Source: Octopus bimaculoides (lineage: Eukaryota). Taken from it: a DNA stretch of 64,000 nucleotides. Both the position numbers and the translations under genes were made by a program. Positions 24,601 through 38,749 of this stretch are shown here, one piece after another. The notes beneath the pieces were generated by a model. It did not search any database. It worked only from the letters and a program-made list of their open reading frames with translations, and had not been told where the DNA came from. The stretch lies in NCBI RefSeq assembly GCF_001194135.2, contig NC_068986.1, positions 41,198,661-41,262,660 on the forward strand. Reading direction: 5' to 3'. The first letter of the stretch is position 1, and every line of letters starts with the position of its first letter.

Positions 24601-25429
24601 AAGTGCTCTTACAAGCCAATCCTCTTCATCAGGGGGAGCAGCCTTAACACTTCTGCTCCAGATACTTCTGTCCTTTGTCTGAAACTTACATTGTTTTATG
24701 TGGCTTAAACAGAAAGCAATACTGGTATACATTCTCCTTTCCTCTGGCTTTCTCTCTCTCACATGCACACACCCACCAGTATTCGCTTGCATACATTCAC
24801 AATTCTTTTTTGTTCTTGCATATCCTAAAAGCATTGTTTCCAAATGGCTTAAGCTGATTTTTGTGCTCCTCTGATATAAGGTTCTAGATCTGGGATTATT
24901 TTCTGTTGACCTGACATTAGATACCAAGAGCAAAGTTCTAGACTGTTTGATAGTGTCTATTCTTTAGAATAAGGTTCGAGATTGTTTAGAAGTATTCTTG
25001 GTGTATTTACTGCATGAAATAAGTAACATTTAAGACAGGCACAGGCAACCATTTTCAATAAGTGGGCCACATGAGACATGTTTCATCATCAGGCAGACTG
25101 CATTACTAAGAAAATAACAGGTAATTTTTTCATTAAGGGTGCTATTCACTAAATCCCACAAAGCTGACTTATCTAGAGATGTTATTTGCAATAGATCATC
25201 TTATATCTAAGAGGAGATGCATCTCCCATCAACTTATCACTTGAATAAAGAGACTTAGTAGTAGCCCTAAACATATCACCCCTCTGATGGACATTTAGAA
25301 AGTATTTGTATTTTACTTTTGCAGTGACACTCGCATGCCTTCACTTTTATTTGCAAACACTTATTTAAATACTCATGCATACATGCCATATACCAATACA
25401 CATACACACATTATTTAACATAGATGTGT

Positions 25430-25600
25430 GTGTGTATGTGTGCAGCCATTGTTTTACTGTCCACTTTTTCATGCTTGTATGGGTTAGATGGAATTTGTTA
25501 AGGCAGATTTTTTTATGGCTGGGTGCGCTCCTTGTAAGAAGGGCATCTATCTGTTTCCAAGTAAGGTAATATTTCCCCATTGCCAGACATGTTTTCACAA
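25430..25600 (-). mobile_element. Repeat family D
   Basis: ctgtttccaagtaaggtaatatttccccattgccagacatg is the reverse complement of the 4880 copy. Confidence 0.6.
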
Positions 25601-25769
25601 AAGACTGGAAAAGTAGATCTCTTCACGTATATACAACCAGGTGCTTCTCTTCCTTTCCATCCACCAGATCCAATAACAAGGGTTTGGTTGACTGGGGGCT
25701 ATGATAAAAGTCACTTACTCAGGTGCCACACAGCCACATCTGCATACACATGCACACGCGCATACACAC

Positions 25770-25900
25770 ACAAAGAGGCATGGCTGAATGCTTTAAGAAG
25801 TTCAGTTTACAACTATCAAACCTTGGTTTCAGTTTTACTGCAGAGGAGGTGCCTTCTATCTTAGCCTTGGCTCAACCAGAATCTTATGAGTGAAAAGGGT
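25770..25900 (+). mobile_element. SINE family A head (degraded)
   Basis: gaggcatggctgaatgctttaagaagttc...ggtttcagttttactgc...gccttggctcaaccagaatcttatgagtg. Confidence 0.6.
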
Positions 25901-26084
25901 TCTACAGGAGCGGAATGGAAACTGACTGGGTGAGCTATACTTGTAAATCAAAGGAGCTGCTTTATCACATGCTCTCTCAAGTTACTATGGATTGCTCAAC
26001 CATTTACCATTATTATACAATGGTTAGGTAGTTTTGTTCATCTAACAAGTGGTCAAAACTGATGTAAATTCTATTATATATGTA

Positions 26085-26455
26085 TCTTGTTTCAGTCATT
26101 AGACTGGCTATGCTGTGTCACTGCTTTAAAGAATTTTAGTCTAACAAATTGTCCCCAGTACTTAATCTTTTAAGCCTGGTACTTATTCTATTGATATCTT
26201 TTGCCAAACCACTAAGTTCCAGGTATGTGAACACACCAACACTGATTGTCATGCACAAAGATACACACACACAAACACACACACACACACACACATGCAA
26301 TGACAGACTTCTTTCAGTTTCCTCCTACCAAATCCACTCAAGGCTTTGGTTTGCTTGAAACTATTTTAGAAGACACTCACCCAAGGTGCCATGCAGTAGG
26401 ACTGAATCTGAACCCATGAAGTTGGGAATCAAATTTTTTACCACACAGTCATGTG
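26085..26455 (-). mobile_element. SINE family A, full length
   Basis: Both modules and the internal (CA)n are present in reverse orientation. Confidence 0.85.
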
Positions 26456-27589
26456 CGTGTGCGTGTGTGTATCTATCTATCTATTTGTTTGTCTCTCTAC
26501 ATACACACACACACATTTATTTATATACACATACACTCTCAGTCTTACGTATCTGTTTTCTTTTCTTTTCTCACTTCATAGATGTATTCATTAACATATA
26601 CTTTTCTTTATTGCTGATTCTGGCAGAATAGCAGTGCTTTTAGAGGTCCTCTTAGACCAATGCAGTTGATGCCATTGATGTTCTACTTACGATATCAAAA
26701 GTCAACAACTGTATGAAAAAGATGAGCAGGGCAAGAATTCCAAAGGGCTGAAAGCTCTAGGCATAGTGATAAGTGAGGTTCCTGTGGTGGGTTTAGATAC
26801 AACATGTGTAATAAGAAATTAAAGGTGAGTGGGGGTGGCATGAGTCCAGCCAGTTGCAAGAAGCAGAGGTCACTATAATACCCATAGAAAAGGCAGAGAG
26901 ATGAGGCAGCTTGCTTGGCCAGCAGCTGAAGCCTGTCTGTGAGTGTTTTATGCAAGCATTTCTAAACCATTTCCTGAATTTAAAATTATTTTTCAATTGT
27001 TTTCACGTATACTTTGTTGGGTTTGTGCATCCCAAATGAATTCTTAATTGCAAATAAGTTCTAAAGCTATTATGTTAATGAGAGAGAATTTGGTAAAAAA
27101 AAAAATGTAGTGAATCTCAGATTAATCAGCCTGCTATAAATAGCAACCAGATTTCCCTCAATTACATCATTCTGTCTTGGAAGTAGGACATATTGGACAA
27201 TGTAGCCCTAAATATGCAAAGCACAAGATGGTCAGGGACTTGGACACTTTGGATTGTAGGTCTGTTCGAGTGTGGTTGTCTTAGGGATAAACAATAACCA
27301 GTAAAAGGGGGCTGTGCATATTCAGAAATCCACACATACGTAATTATATGCATAATACACATATACAAATACATTTGTATAGTACACACACACACACACG
27401 TGTGTGTGTGTGTAATACACACACATGTATGCACCTGTTTGAGAATTACCTTCTTAGTTGGCACCAAAACCATAATGTTAATTCACACCACTGTATGATC
27501 ATGTCGCTTTTTCGATAGATTGCCACCAGCACAAATGCCAATTTCTATTGGATATGCAAAAGTCTATTAAAAGCACAGTTTTTGTTGTT

Positions 27590-27680
27590 CTTGAAGATGA
27601 TAATTATAATAATAATAATAATAATAATGGCGATGGTGAGAATAATGATGACAATGGTGATGATGATGATGATGGTGGTA
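27590..27680. repeat. (AAT)n/(GAT)n trinucleotide tract
   Basis: Directly visible. Confidence 0.95.
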
Positions 27681-28489
27681 TTTTTCTTTTTTTTTTTTCA
27701 CTTTGCTTTAATTCAAATCTACCAGATAAGTGCTTTATTTTATTTATTCATTTATTTATTGGCTTGGCAAAATGCCTGTTAAGACATGTTTTGGATCCAC
27801 TTCAGTTGCTTAGCTGCATGATAATAAGGAATATTGATTTCTTTCATTTCTGCAAGAGTGACTGAGTGAGTGGGAGAAAATGAATGGTAAAATGGTGGTT
27901 TAAAGTTGTAATAATAATTTGTGAGTGGGACTATGTTGTGTTGTTTAGTATTTTTTGTTTTTTGTTTTCTTTTCATTTTAATCCTTTTTTTTTTTTTTAC
28001 TTTCAATTTGTTTTGTTTTCCGTTCAGCACAAATATATATCAAAAAAAAAAAGAAAAAATGCAAAAGACAAAAAGATAACAAACAAACATAACAACCTTT
28101 ATAGAATGAGATTTTCATTGTTCTTAGTTTATGTAGCAGAAGCTGCAACATCCCCATATTTATACAAGTGTATCATTGGCTGAATTGATAAAGTGTAGGA
28201 ATACTGGCTGAAGAGTGAGCATATTTTTTTTCTTTAACTACTCCCTCACACTAGATTTGTGCAATGTCCATAACTGAGCAATTTTACAATTTGCTGGCTC
28301 CCTTGTCTAGCTATAAATAAGTACCATGAGGAGATGTACTTTTTACAGCTGTAAGAAGTGAAAAAAACAATTGTAATTGACCAAGTGTTCCATTTGTATT
28401 TGGTGATTTCAAATCACACCATGCATATATAATGAAAAGAAGTAAGGACTCTGCCAGGTTAAATACTTCTGAATATAATGTGAAGAGTG

Positions 28490-28613
28490 AACATCGTTCT
28501 GGGTTCAGTCCCACTGCGTGGCACCTTGGGCAAGTGTCTTCTACTATAGCCTCGGGCCGACCAAAGCCTTGTGAGTGGATTTGGTAGACGGAAACTGAAA
28601 GAAGCCCGTCGTA

Positions 28614-28682
<69 letters not shown>

Positions 28683-28895
28683 GCATTTGCGTGTCTGTGT
28701 TTGTCCCCCCACCATTGCTTGACAACCGATGGTGGTGTGTTTACGTCCCCGTAACTTAGCGGTTCGGCAAAAGAGATCGATAGAATAAGTACTAGGCTTC
28801 CAAAGAATAAGTCCTGGGGTCGATTTGCTCGACTAAAGGCGGTACTCCAGCATGGCCGCAGTCAAATGACTGAAACAAGTAAAAGAAAGAGTGAG
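28490..28895 (+). mobile_element. SINE family A, young-looking copy lacking the first ~40 nt
   Basis: CpGs intact (gcctcgggccgacc, acaaccgatgg, ggggtcgatttgctcgac); long internal (AT)n. Confidence 0.9.
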
Positions 28896-29049
28896 AGTTA
28901 GTTGTGATGGTGAGTAAATATGGCAGATGGAATCTTCTGCAAGATCTTCAATGTGACACTGTAAAATAATGGAAATACTCTTCAGGGTCAATATTAATGT
29001 TTTGTGTCATTTTCTTTTAAAAAGATGTATATAATCTACCCTATTTAGA

Positions 29050-29320
29050 TCCATTCATTGTTTAGATGCAGCTCTACACTGATCTAGCAGACTTAGGATC
29101 AAGGGACATTCCAACCCTGACCATCCAGTTTTTTCAGTTATGGCACACTTGGATCACATTAACTAATGGGTCCTTTTTATGTTGTTGTTCAGACCTGTGA
29201 TCAGACATTCCAGTCGTGACCATTCTTTCTTTGCTTAAGGTATATGTCCGGAACTGCACACCTTCACTTTTTTTTGTGATTTGCGAGAGATTCAGTTGCT
29301 ATTTCTCGCAGGTTGAGTGA
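29050..29320 (-). mobile_element. Two adjacent family F fragments
   Basis: agcagacttaggatcaagggacattccaaccctgaccatcc and gttgttgttcagacc...gttgctatttctcgcaggttgagtgac. Confidence 0.55.
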
Positions 29321-30099
29321 CTTCATAATCCTCAAACTAGTGGAAGAGCTGACATACATAGACTTAAGTGCACAATGAAATGCCTGCTGCACATTTAAAC
29401 TCGAGACCTGAGTTGATACCCCTGTATCGTATCTACTCAGCCATTTCACTTCTAATAATCCAATTAATAGCGTTATGTTCTATCAGTGGCATCAAGTACA
29501 AAGTACTTGACTCAACATAGCTAGCAATGAGGTATTTGTTAATGAGATTTTGCTTCTACTATCATAGCAGTATATGATCTATATAAATTTACCAAATTTG
29601 TGCTTTAAAAGTGCATATTATTTCCTAACAAGACATGTAGCAAACAGTCTGTACACATAATGAGAATATAGTATAAAGATAGAGGAAACAAAAACAAATA
29701 ATTCATTGAGGTATAATCTTCATTGTATACAATTGAGAATAGAATATAAATAAAAACATGAAACTGTGTATATAGGTATTGTTAGTTTTGTTGATGTTAG
29801 TATATGAATTATAGCATGTCATGGCTGCTTATGCTCTCATTGAAAATGCTTTATGTATTTCTCATAGGATTAAAACTACTGTGGGAGTTATGAGCTATGG
29901 TTTCTTTTGACTAAATAGAAAGTTAGTCGGGCTGAGGAAGGAATGTATTACTCTAGAAGGCTGAAAAAACAAAGTCAGTATTCTATTTGTTTGAAGTCAT
30001 ATAATACTGAAGCATCAAATTAAATGCGCTTCTAACCATTTTGATGTCATTCTGCCCGAGACTTGGTTTGGTCCTATGATATAAACCTCCTTGTTTTAA

Positions 30100-30306
30100 C
30101 CCATTAACATTCAGATTACTCTGTCAAATGTAATATTTATTCATTTACATTGTTTTGAATTATCTTGTAGCTTCAAAATTTCAATGATGTGATTGTTTAT
30201 TTTTAGAATGACATTGTCGGGTAGGTGTGAGAGGTTGAATCTGGCTGGTTTGAACTTACAACAGGTTGGATATTTGGGTTAGATATACCTGGTTTAAATA
30301 CTAGTG
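30100..30306 (+). mobile_element. piggyBac-like MITE family 1
   Basis: TTAA|cccattaacattcaga ... aaatactagtg|TTAA; body homologous to the 6617 and 46278 copies. Confidence 0.7.
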
Positions 30307-30339
30307 TTAAAATGATTCAAATGAAAATCTCCGATCAAA

Positions 30340-30458
30340 ACTTATTTTATATTCCAAACACCAGCTTAATAATGAAGTTACTTTACAAAATTCTTCATTT
30401 TCAAAATTAATTGAAACAAAGGCAGTGCATTTCAGTAGAAATCTGGTAACAAAAGCGT
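30340..30458 (-). mobile_element. piggyBac-like MITE family 2, partial
   Basis: ttccaaacaccagcttaat...ttcaaaattaattgaaac...ggtaacaaaagcgt then TTAA; reverse complement of the 45589/61420 copies. Confidence 0.6.
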
Positions 30459-31029
30459 TTAAGTAGTGTTTCTAAAAGTAGATGTCACTGCTACATTGTA
30501 GGGTGCAAATTTTGTGGAGTGAGTATGGGTACCTGTTCAAAATGTGTTATCTTTAGTGAAGAATTCTCCTAAATAATACCTTAGGGCATTATTTCTCAAA
30601 GAGAGTTCTAAGAAAAAAAGGTTGTGAAGTTCTTTAAGTTGAGGTGTCTTAATAAAATCTAATAAAAATTTTGCTTCTCTATTTGTCTTGCTTAGATTCT
30701 TGAAGTGAAATCATATGTTGGAATAGATATTGTTGAACCATAAGAGGGTCATTTTGCTAATAAAATCACATGCACTGTTTCTGTTTCACTTCTGCTGAGG
30801 TCAACTTTGCCTTCATCCTTTTGGGGTCGATAAAATTAGTGCGATAAAAAATTTTAAAAAATGGTATTCACCGTTTTCAAAATTGTGTATTATATTTGTT
30901 TTATTAGAATTAGGGTCAGCAGGAGTTGTTCATAAAGCATATGTTGTGTGATTCAAAAAAAAAAAAAAGATTATTTTCAAAATTGTTTTAGGCTTCTGTA
31001 AAAATAGGTTTGGGAATGAAACTCTAACA

Positions 31030-31335
31030 CAGTGGTTCCCAAACATTTTATGGCTTCCATCCTCTTGACACCCTGGCCATATTCCTAGCACCCCCACCCC
31101 CAACTAACCATCACAGACATAGACCTCTTTCTGATGCAAATTCAAAGCAACTGCATTTCACAAATGAAACTTAACCTAATGAATCCATTATTCTGTTGTT
31201 TTTACATGGTTTACCACCCCATTATCGCCCCAATTTTTGCATGAATCACTACCCCATTATGGCCTCACTTTTCTTCAACACCCTCTTGGAACTTTCCACC
31301 ACTGCCCCCAGGAAGGACTGAGAATGAGATATAGT
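31030..31335. mobile_element. Probable hAT-type MITE
   Basis: Begins cagtggttcccaaac (typical Charlie-type TIR start); right end degraded. Confidence 0.4.
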
Positions 31336-34300
31336 AACAATGAGACTGTAGTCACTAGTCTGCTGAGTTCACTTACCTCACTAATACCAGTTCCTATATC
31401 TAGATTGTTTATAGTTCGCCAGATTAGACAGGTAGACTGGTAGAATTATTGAAACTTCAGGGGAAGGGAATACTATGCAGTATTTCTTCTGGCTCTTTAA
31501 AATTATTGTTTCCAAAGGTACCATGGTCACCTTTACCTTTCATCTCTCAGGTGTTGATGAAAGTCATGAACTGAAGTTGATGCATCAATTAATCCCTTTC
31601 TTTTAAAATAGCTGGTTGTACCTAAGTTAGAAACCATTACTTTGTAACATTGTTGGAAAAGATTGTCACAAATGTTGTAGCTAGGTAAATTGTGTCAAAT
31701 CCGATGTCAGTCACTGAGCTATGACAAAATACCTCAAATGTAATATACATTTTTGACTTCATCTTTACAAAATGGCATAGCATGTGAGATACTTGCATGA
31801 ACAGGCATAAGTATTCACGCTTCTCACATACTTGCTTAGTATTTGATATTACTTTTGTAGTAAAAGCATCTATCTGGTTATTTTACTTTGACCTTGTGGT
31901 TTTAAAATTTAAAACCTTTTAAAGTTGACATTTTAGGATCAAAGTAATTTCAGAACTAGTAATTCAATTGAAAAGAAGTGAAGTCTGTGATATAATTACA
32001 TTTTAAGTATATCTGCCTGTCAGTTTGGAAAGTGTACTCTGACATTACTATTTGACCAGTTCTATAAACAGGCCATATAGTGTATCTTTTCTCGTAGATT
32101 TTTAAAAATTCTTCCATTTTAAATTATATTATTTGCTTTTGAATTGTTTCATACTGGGAGTGACAGCTATTTTAAGCTAAGCAGATGAGGCAAGTAAAAT
32201 CATACCTATCCCATAATATTGTGCATGCCACAATGGTTGTTGGAGATTTTGAACTTGTGACTGTTCAAACAAAAATACCCTAAGGTGTGAAAATCACTGA
32301 ATGAGTGTATATGTATGGATATATGGAAAGCATAAATACATACATACCTATTCATATACATTTGAGTGAGATGTAAAGTAAGTTGAGTTTTTCTAGATTA
32401 TCTGATTGCCTATATGTCATGTTCTAGCTTTGACTCTTACTCTAAAGAGTTTGTTTTATAGATAACCTTTGTTTTTTACTAAACCCCTCACTTCCCATCT
32501 CTTTCTCTGTTTCTAGTTCATTTCCCTCTGTTGTATTTGTAAGCATCTACAAAGATAATATGATGTGTTAGAGGACTATGACCTCTGTTGATAATAAAAT
32601 AAAATAGTTGGCTACATGAGCTGAGTGGATGGTGTGTGACTATTGTATGTGAATAGAACGCAAGAAAACACTATTGTGGATTTACATTAACCTTAAAAAG
32701 AATAAGCTGAGTATGACCTATAAAATTTGCTAGCATAACTTATGAAAAAGCTAGTGTATGTTAAATGCTGATGGACATCTCAAGCATTGATCAGTGTAAA
32801 CCTTAAAGGCAGCTGCACTGGAATAGACATATGTTTGTTGTTAGTAGATTGTAAATCATAATGGAGATAAATTAAGTCTTGTGAAGAAATTGTGAAGTCA
32901 GATGTTGAAATGTTGAGCCTCTCATATATGAAAAATAGAGAAATGCTGTTACAGACCTAGTCAACCCACTTCAATAAGAAAAACTTGATATTAAAGCAAC
33001 AGCAATGATGATGATTTTCCTTTTTGTAATTTACATTTCTCTCAGAAACTTTTTTTTTTTCTTTAGAAGACTGGTTGATCAATCATTGGAAAAAAATTAA
33101 CACAACACTATATTGTGTGTGTGCACGAATGAACAAGCTTATTGAATATTCATTAATACTTGTTTTGAATTAATTACTATGCTGACTTGCAACAGCTACT
33201 GATAAATTTATTTAACTAATGTGCACCCTACCCCTCACCTTTATAATCTTTTGAAATTATAAGGATATGGTTTATGTTTATGAAACATTAAACAATGACT
33301 CCATAATTATGGCACCATTGTAATATGACTAAACAAATTTATGAATATTATCTTACACTGATAAAAGATGTTTAGAAACTTTTTCTTCAGTCATTATACA
33401 TTTTTGTTTTCTTTAATGTTGTTTAAAGTAGTCTGTCAAGTGTTTTTGTTTTATTTTTTTCACTGTAATTTGGTAAGGCTTCAGTTTTTCAAAGGACAAA
33501 GAACATAGATTTAATCTCGAGTTTGCAATTTTGCTGATTTGATTTTTAAAGAAGTAGTTGGTATGGCTTGCAAAGTATTCAAAAATACAATTTCATCATC
33601 ATCATTACCATAACATTTATTTTTTTCCATAATGGTATAATTTTGATAGGTCTGCAATTCTATTTAATGATATTACAGATGATACTATAACAATCTATCT
33701 CATCTTTGAGGCACAACATTGTCAAATTGTTTGCTGGTGATTGCTTTTGTAACAATTATTCCTTCTTTCAAGAGCTTTTATCTCATCCAGCAGCTACATT
33801 TCTACAAAAGTCTTGTCAAGTATGTAATCTCTCTACCACCAACAATAATGGACTGCTCTTACCTTTCTATTGGACATTGATAGTAAAGGGTGGATTGCTA
33901 AACATGATGATGAGAGAGAGGGATGATGCCTGATATCACAATCATCATGTACAGTAATAATATGACAGGTTATTACACTAGATCTATACTAGATCTAAAT
34001 ACATTCCATGGTTACAGTGTTGTTTTTCTTTTGGCTAGGTACATTTATCATGGATTTATCAGCCCTAGCAGTTGTTTTAGACATAAGTACATACACACCC
34101 ACATATGCATACATCAACACATGTACATTTTATATCAGCTTTAATTCTGTCTCCTTCACTATAACATGTGTTTTCCTGGACTTTTTTTTTTCCTTCTTCA
34201 GACCTTTCCTTTCTCTCCTTTCTACTGAAGAACCATGCTCACAACATTAAACATCCTCTCATTTTTCCAGGAATCAAGCTAATATATTCTATGTGTATGT

Positions 34301-35221
34301 CCTTTTGACTTTTGTTGTTTTGTTATTTTTATTTTTTTGATTTGCCTATATATATATCTTAGATTTTATATTAAAGGTTTTCAACATAAATGGTGTTGTG
34401 TTGAAATTTAAGTTTAATTCTACAGTAGGACAAAATAAATAATAATAATAATAATAAATTTCAGTTGCTAGTAAGCTTAAATTTCAAGTTTTGGCTTGTA
34501 TATGCTTTGTAATTTTCTGAATTGCTGAGATTAAATCATAGTAGATTTTTTAATCCATCCAGTCAGTGGTTGACCTGTCAGTTTTTCTATTATCTTTTTA
34601 AATCCCTTTACATGCTTATTACCTATTTTATACTTCCAAAGAGTCTTGTATATCTCTCCTATTAGCAGCCCCACCCTCCCCCACCCATCATACTATCAGT
34701 TTATGTTAATAATACCTTTACAGCATTAGTCAGATATTTTCGAATATCTGTATAGAATATATTTTTTTCCTTTTAGAGATAAATACAATTTTATACCAAT
34801 ATTTTAGTAATGGTATTTGTGGTCTTTGTTTAAAATGTGACCCCATTTCTTTTCACATAACCAGAGATAAATACCAGACTGGTATTTATCTCTGGTTTCC
34901 AAATCATTAAGCTTAATGAGACAATCTCTTTCTGGGTAGGATGCCAAATCTATCGTGAGTAACATTTTCCTGCAGATAAAATTGAACTCTTCATTGTGAG
35001 TCAACAAATCGCCAGTCAGTTTTACAATGCTACAACTGTGAATTATGAATGTTCTGCATTATCTACCTTGTAGATAGAAGAACTGGGTTATGGAAAGCTT
35101 AATATTTTGATCATAGACACATTGCAATGCTAGTGATAGGAAATGAACTATTGAGACTCTTAGCTGGTTATCCAGCTTTTTCTCAAAAAATAGATTATCA
35201 TTATTTATGAAATTTATACAT

Positions 35222-35718
35222 CGAACTAAATTCGACGACTGGCCCCCATGCCAACATCTTCTCCATTGGACACTAAACTCTGCTTGCGAAGACCTGTTGG
35301 GGCAAGCGAAAGCGAAATCATTATGGCACCGCCGTTCAAGCGTGATCGTTACCAGCGTCGCCTTCCTGGCACTTGTGCCACAGCTTCACGTTCCTTGCAC
35401 TTGTGCCGGTGGCATGTGAAAAGTCATTCAAGCGAGATTGTTGCCAGTGCTGCTGGACTGGCTCCTGTTCAGGTGGCATGTAAAATACACCATTTTGAGC
35501 GTGGCCGTTGCCAGTACCACCTGACTGGCCTTCGTGCCAGTGGCATGTAAAAGCACCCATTACACTCTCGGAGTGGTTGGCGTTAGGAAGGGCATCCAGC
35601 TGTAGAAACTCTGCCAAATCAGATTGGAGCCTGGTGTAGCCATCTGGTTCGCCAGTCCTCAGTCAAATTGTCCAACCCATGCTAGCATGGAAAGCAGACG
35701 TTAAACAATGATGATGAT
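35222..35718 (+). mobile_element. Retroposon family C with internal tandem units (second long copy)
   Basis: Colinear with 3570-4040; unit-specific variants shared; (GAT)n tail. Confidence 0.8.
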
Positions 35719-36199
35719 GTGCTTTGTACATTGCACCAGGTTTGGAAACCCTGTTAGGATGTTTATTTTTGATCATTATTTTTACCATCTACCAAATAAA
35801 TCAAATTGAGAAAGAAATAGCTAATCACTTTTCAAATGGATTTTTTTTTTTATTTACAGAATAAGGTAATATATAAATTCTAATCTACAAAATACATTTT
35901 GAATTTATATCTTGTCTTACGCTCTAAAAAGTTATACATGTTCAGTTGAAAGGCAATTAGCTATCTCTCATCTCTACAGAAACTTTCTGTGGAAGTTACA
36001 TGACTATAACTTGATAATAGCTGTCCACACATGTGCATGCACAGATATACATCAGCACATGCATACATGAACATACATACTAGCTCATATACATACAACA
36101 GCACATAATTACACATGCACCAGTATTCATATACTCATATATTAGCATGCACACACACACACATACAAACATATCAGCACATGTATATCACATACACAG

Positions 36200-36485
36200 A
36201 CATACTCTCTCTCTCTCCCTCTCTCTCTCTCTCCCTCTCTCTCTCTCTCCCTCTCTCTTTCCCTCTCTCTCTCCCTCTCTCTCTCCCTCTCTCTCTCCCT
36301 CTCTCTCTCCCTCNNNNNNNNNNNNNNNNNNNNNNNNNNNNNNNNNNNNNNNNNNNNNNNNNNNNNNNNNNNNNNNNNNNNNNNNNNNNNNNCTCTCTCT
36401 CTCTCCCTCTCTCTCTCTCTCCCTCTCTCTCTCTCTCTCCTTCTCTCTCTCTCCCTCTCTCTCTCTCCCTCCCCCTCTCTCTCGT
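36200..36485. repeat. (CT)n-rich tract with assembly gap 36314-36392
   Basis: Directly visible. Confidence 0.95.
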
Positions 36486-36653
36486 TCTAGCTCTAGCTTT
36501 TGTATCAATTTTCTACAGCAGCACATTTCTACTACACACGTACTTTTAAACTGCATATATTGAATATGTGATGCATCGCATATGTGACTACATTTTACTT
36601 ACGTGTTAAATGCCAAATAAGTCTTTAGCAAAAGCGCATGCACGCACACGCAT

Positions 36654-36686
<33 letters not shown>

Positions 36687-37231
36687 CATGCACATACATG
36701 CACATGAATTCACATTTGCATTCACACATGCACACAAGAACGCATGCTTCAGTTGCAGATGCAGAAAACACACTTCGGTAAATTTACCCTAATGAGAAGT
36801 TGTTCCATTGTTCTCCAATCTTGAGACATGACAAATACATCAAGTTATCCCCAGAAGTCTTGTGATGAATGTTAAAGCCTTAGAAGAGAAGAGTGAACCG
36901 AAGACCCATGTGATTCAGTCTTTTCCAATATGGCTGATGACTAATGAATCACTACTACCACTACTAGTACTGCCTGGCTTCCCCCCTTTACTCTCACCTA
37001 AGCTTCCATTTTCCTTATAAGGTATATCATTTTCCATTGATCTCCTTCCAAAAATGCTTTCTTTTATTATTTCACTGTGTTTGTGGGGAGATAACTACTC
37101 ATATTTAGGCATTGGCATTTCAATTTTCCCTTCAACATCCCTTCTACTCTCTCTCTCTCTCTCCGCCTTCTTTCCTCTTCCATTGTAATGAAATGAATTG
37201 TTAAATGTGCCTGCTCATTTATTCCCCTCTT

Positions 37232-37490
<259 letters not shown>

Positions 37491-37984
37491 TTACATGCGC
37501 AGACACAAACACATACACAGTAATATAATTCTAATGTCTAAGTTGCTGTTGTATTTTTTTTTTTTTGTTATCCCCCCCTCCACTAATTTAAATTAGAATC
37601 TGTGAAAATTGCTGCTGTCCAGTAATTAAACTTGAGTGAAATACAATATAAAGATAGGAATATAATTAAAATCTAGTTGAAAGTGGTCTTGGCTATTTAT
37701 GAGGAACTTAATTTATTATACAATCATTGTGATTAAACTGAAACAAAATGGTGTAAAAAGACAAAGCCTTTTAGAAAATGTATCTCTTTTTTCCTTTCTC
37801 TTCTTCTTTTCTACTGCTCAATTAATAAACTCCTTCTAAGGTAACAGCAGCTGTTGAGTAGTGGGGAGAGATTTAAATGATGATTGTCTGAGATAGCTGT
37901 GCTAGTCAGGAAAGTGGTTTTTACAGTAAGGAAAACATTTTCCCAAGCTAATTTTGTGTTTGACATCTTTGAAATGGTAGTTTT

Positions 37985-38425
37985 ACCTTTTGTTTCTTAG
38001 CTATGTGTGTCTTCTACAATAGCCTTGGGCTAACCAAAGCCTTATGAGTGGATTCAGTGGAGAGAAACTAAAAGAAGCATCATGTGCATATATATGTACA
38101 TGTGTGTATGTCTTTTTTGTCCTCTGCCACCACCACTACCACCACTTGACAACTGGTGTTGGTGTGTTTACATCCCTGTAACTTAAGTTTGGCTAAGGAC
38201 ACTGATAGAATAAGTATCAGGCTTTAAGAAAAAGTAAGTAATGGACTCAGTTCATTTGACTAAAAATTCTTCAAAACAGACACAGAAGTCTGGTGCAGCC
38301 TCCTGGCTTGCCAGTCCCCAGTCAAACCATCCAACCCATGCCAGCGTGGAAGGTGGATGTTAAATGATGATAATGATGTGCTCCAGCGTGGCCTCAACCA
38401 AATGACTGAAACAAGTTAAAGATGG
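37985..38425 (+). mobile_element. SINE family A interrupted by a family C tail (38280-38377)
   Basis: Family A 3' module breaks at ...cttcaaaac and resumes at gtgctccagc after ...aacccatgccagcgtggaaggtggatgttaaatgatgataatgat. Confidence 0.75.
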
Positions 38426-38444
38426 AAGATATGTATTGTTTATT

Positions 38445-38570
38445 TTATTTTTTACACACTGGTTTCAGTCATTGCATGATAGCCATGCTGGAGCATTGCA
38501 CTTAAACAATTTAGTCAATCCTATTGAAACTCCACTACCATCTTCATTCTTATTCTTACCTAGTATTTAT
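38445..38570 (-). mobile_element. SINE family A 3' end (tail-to-tail with previous copy)
   Basis: ggtttcagtcattgcatgatagccatgctggagcattgcac. Confidence 0.65.
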
Positions 38571-38749
38571 CAAATGGTCTTTAGATTGTACTGCAGTATA
38601 AAAAGAAATGCATCGCCTTTCTCTAGTAAACTCGGGCTTTGACACTCACACACACATATGCACATATACATACGTATTTTGTCTTCTATAATTTCTCTTG
38701 TTTCATGCTGGGGTACCATCTTCAAGGGTTTAGTGAAAAAATCTCCCCT

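Noticed and set aside
25075-25095. Minus-strand CTGATGA-T-GAAAC
   Set aside because: Only one nucleotide where hammerhead stem II should be; no supporting stems.
31520-31600. Apparent acceptor catctctcag|GTGTTGATGAAAG
   Set aside because: It is a degraded SINE B central domain, not an exon.
34976-34995. 20-nt microexon candidate (cctgcAG|ATAAAATTGAACTCTTCATT|GTGAGT), in frame with the 9973 exon
   Set aside because: Short polypyrimidine tract and a competing GTGAGT 21 nt upstream. Such AG..GT pairs arise by chance in 50 kb, so it cannot be supported without RNA data.
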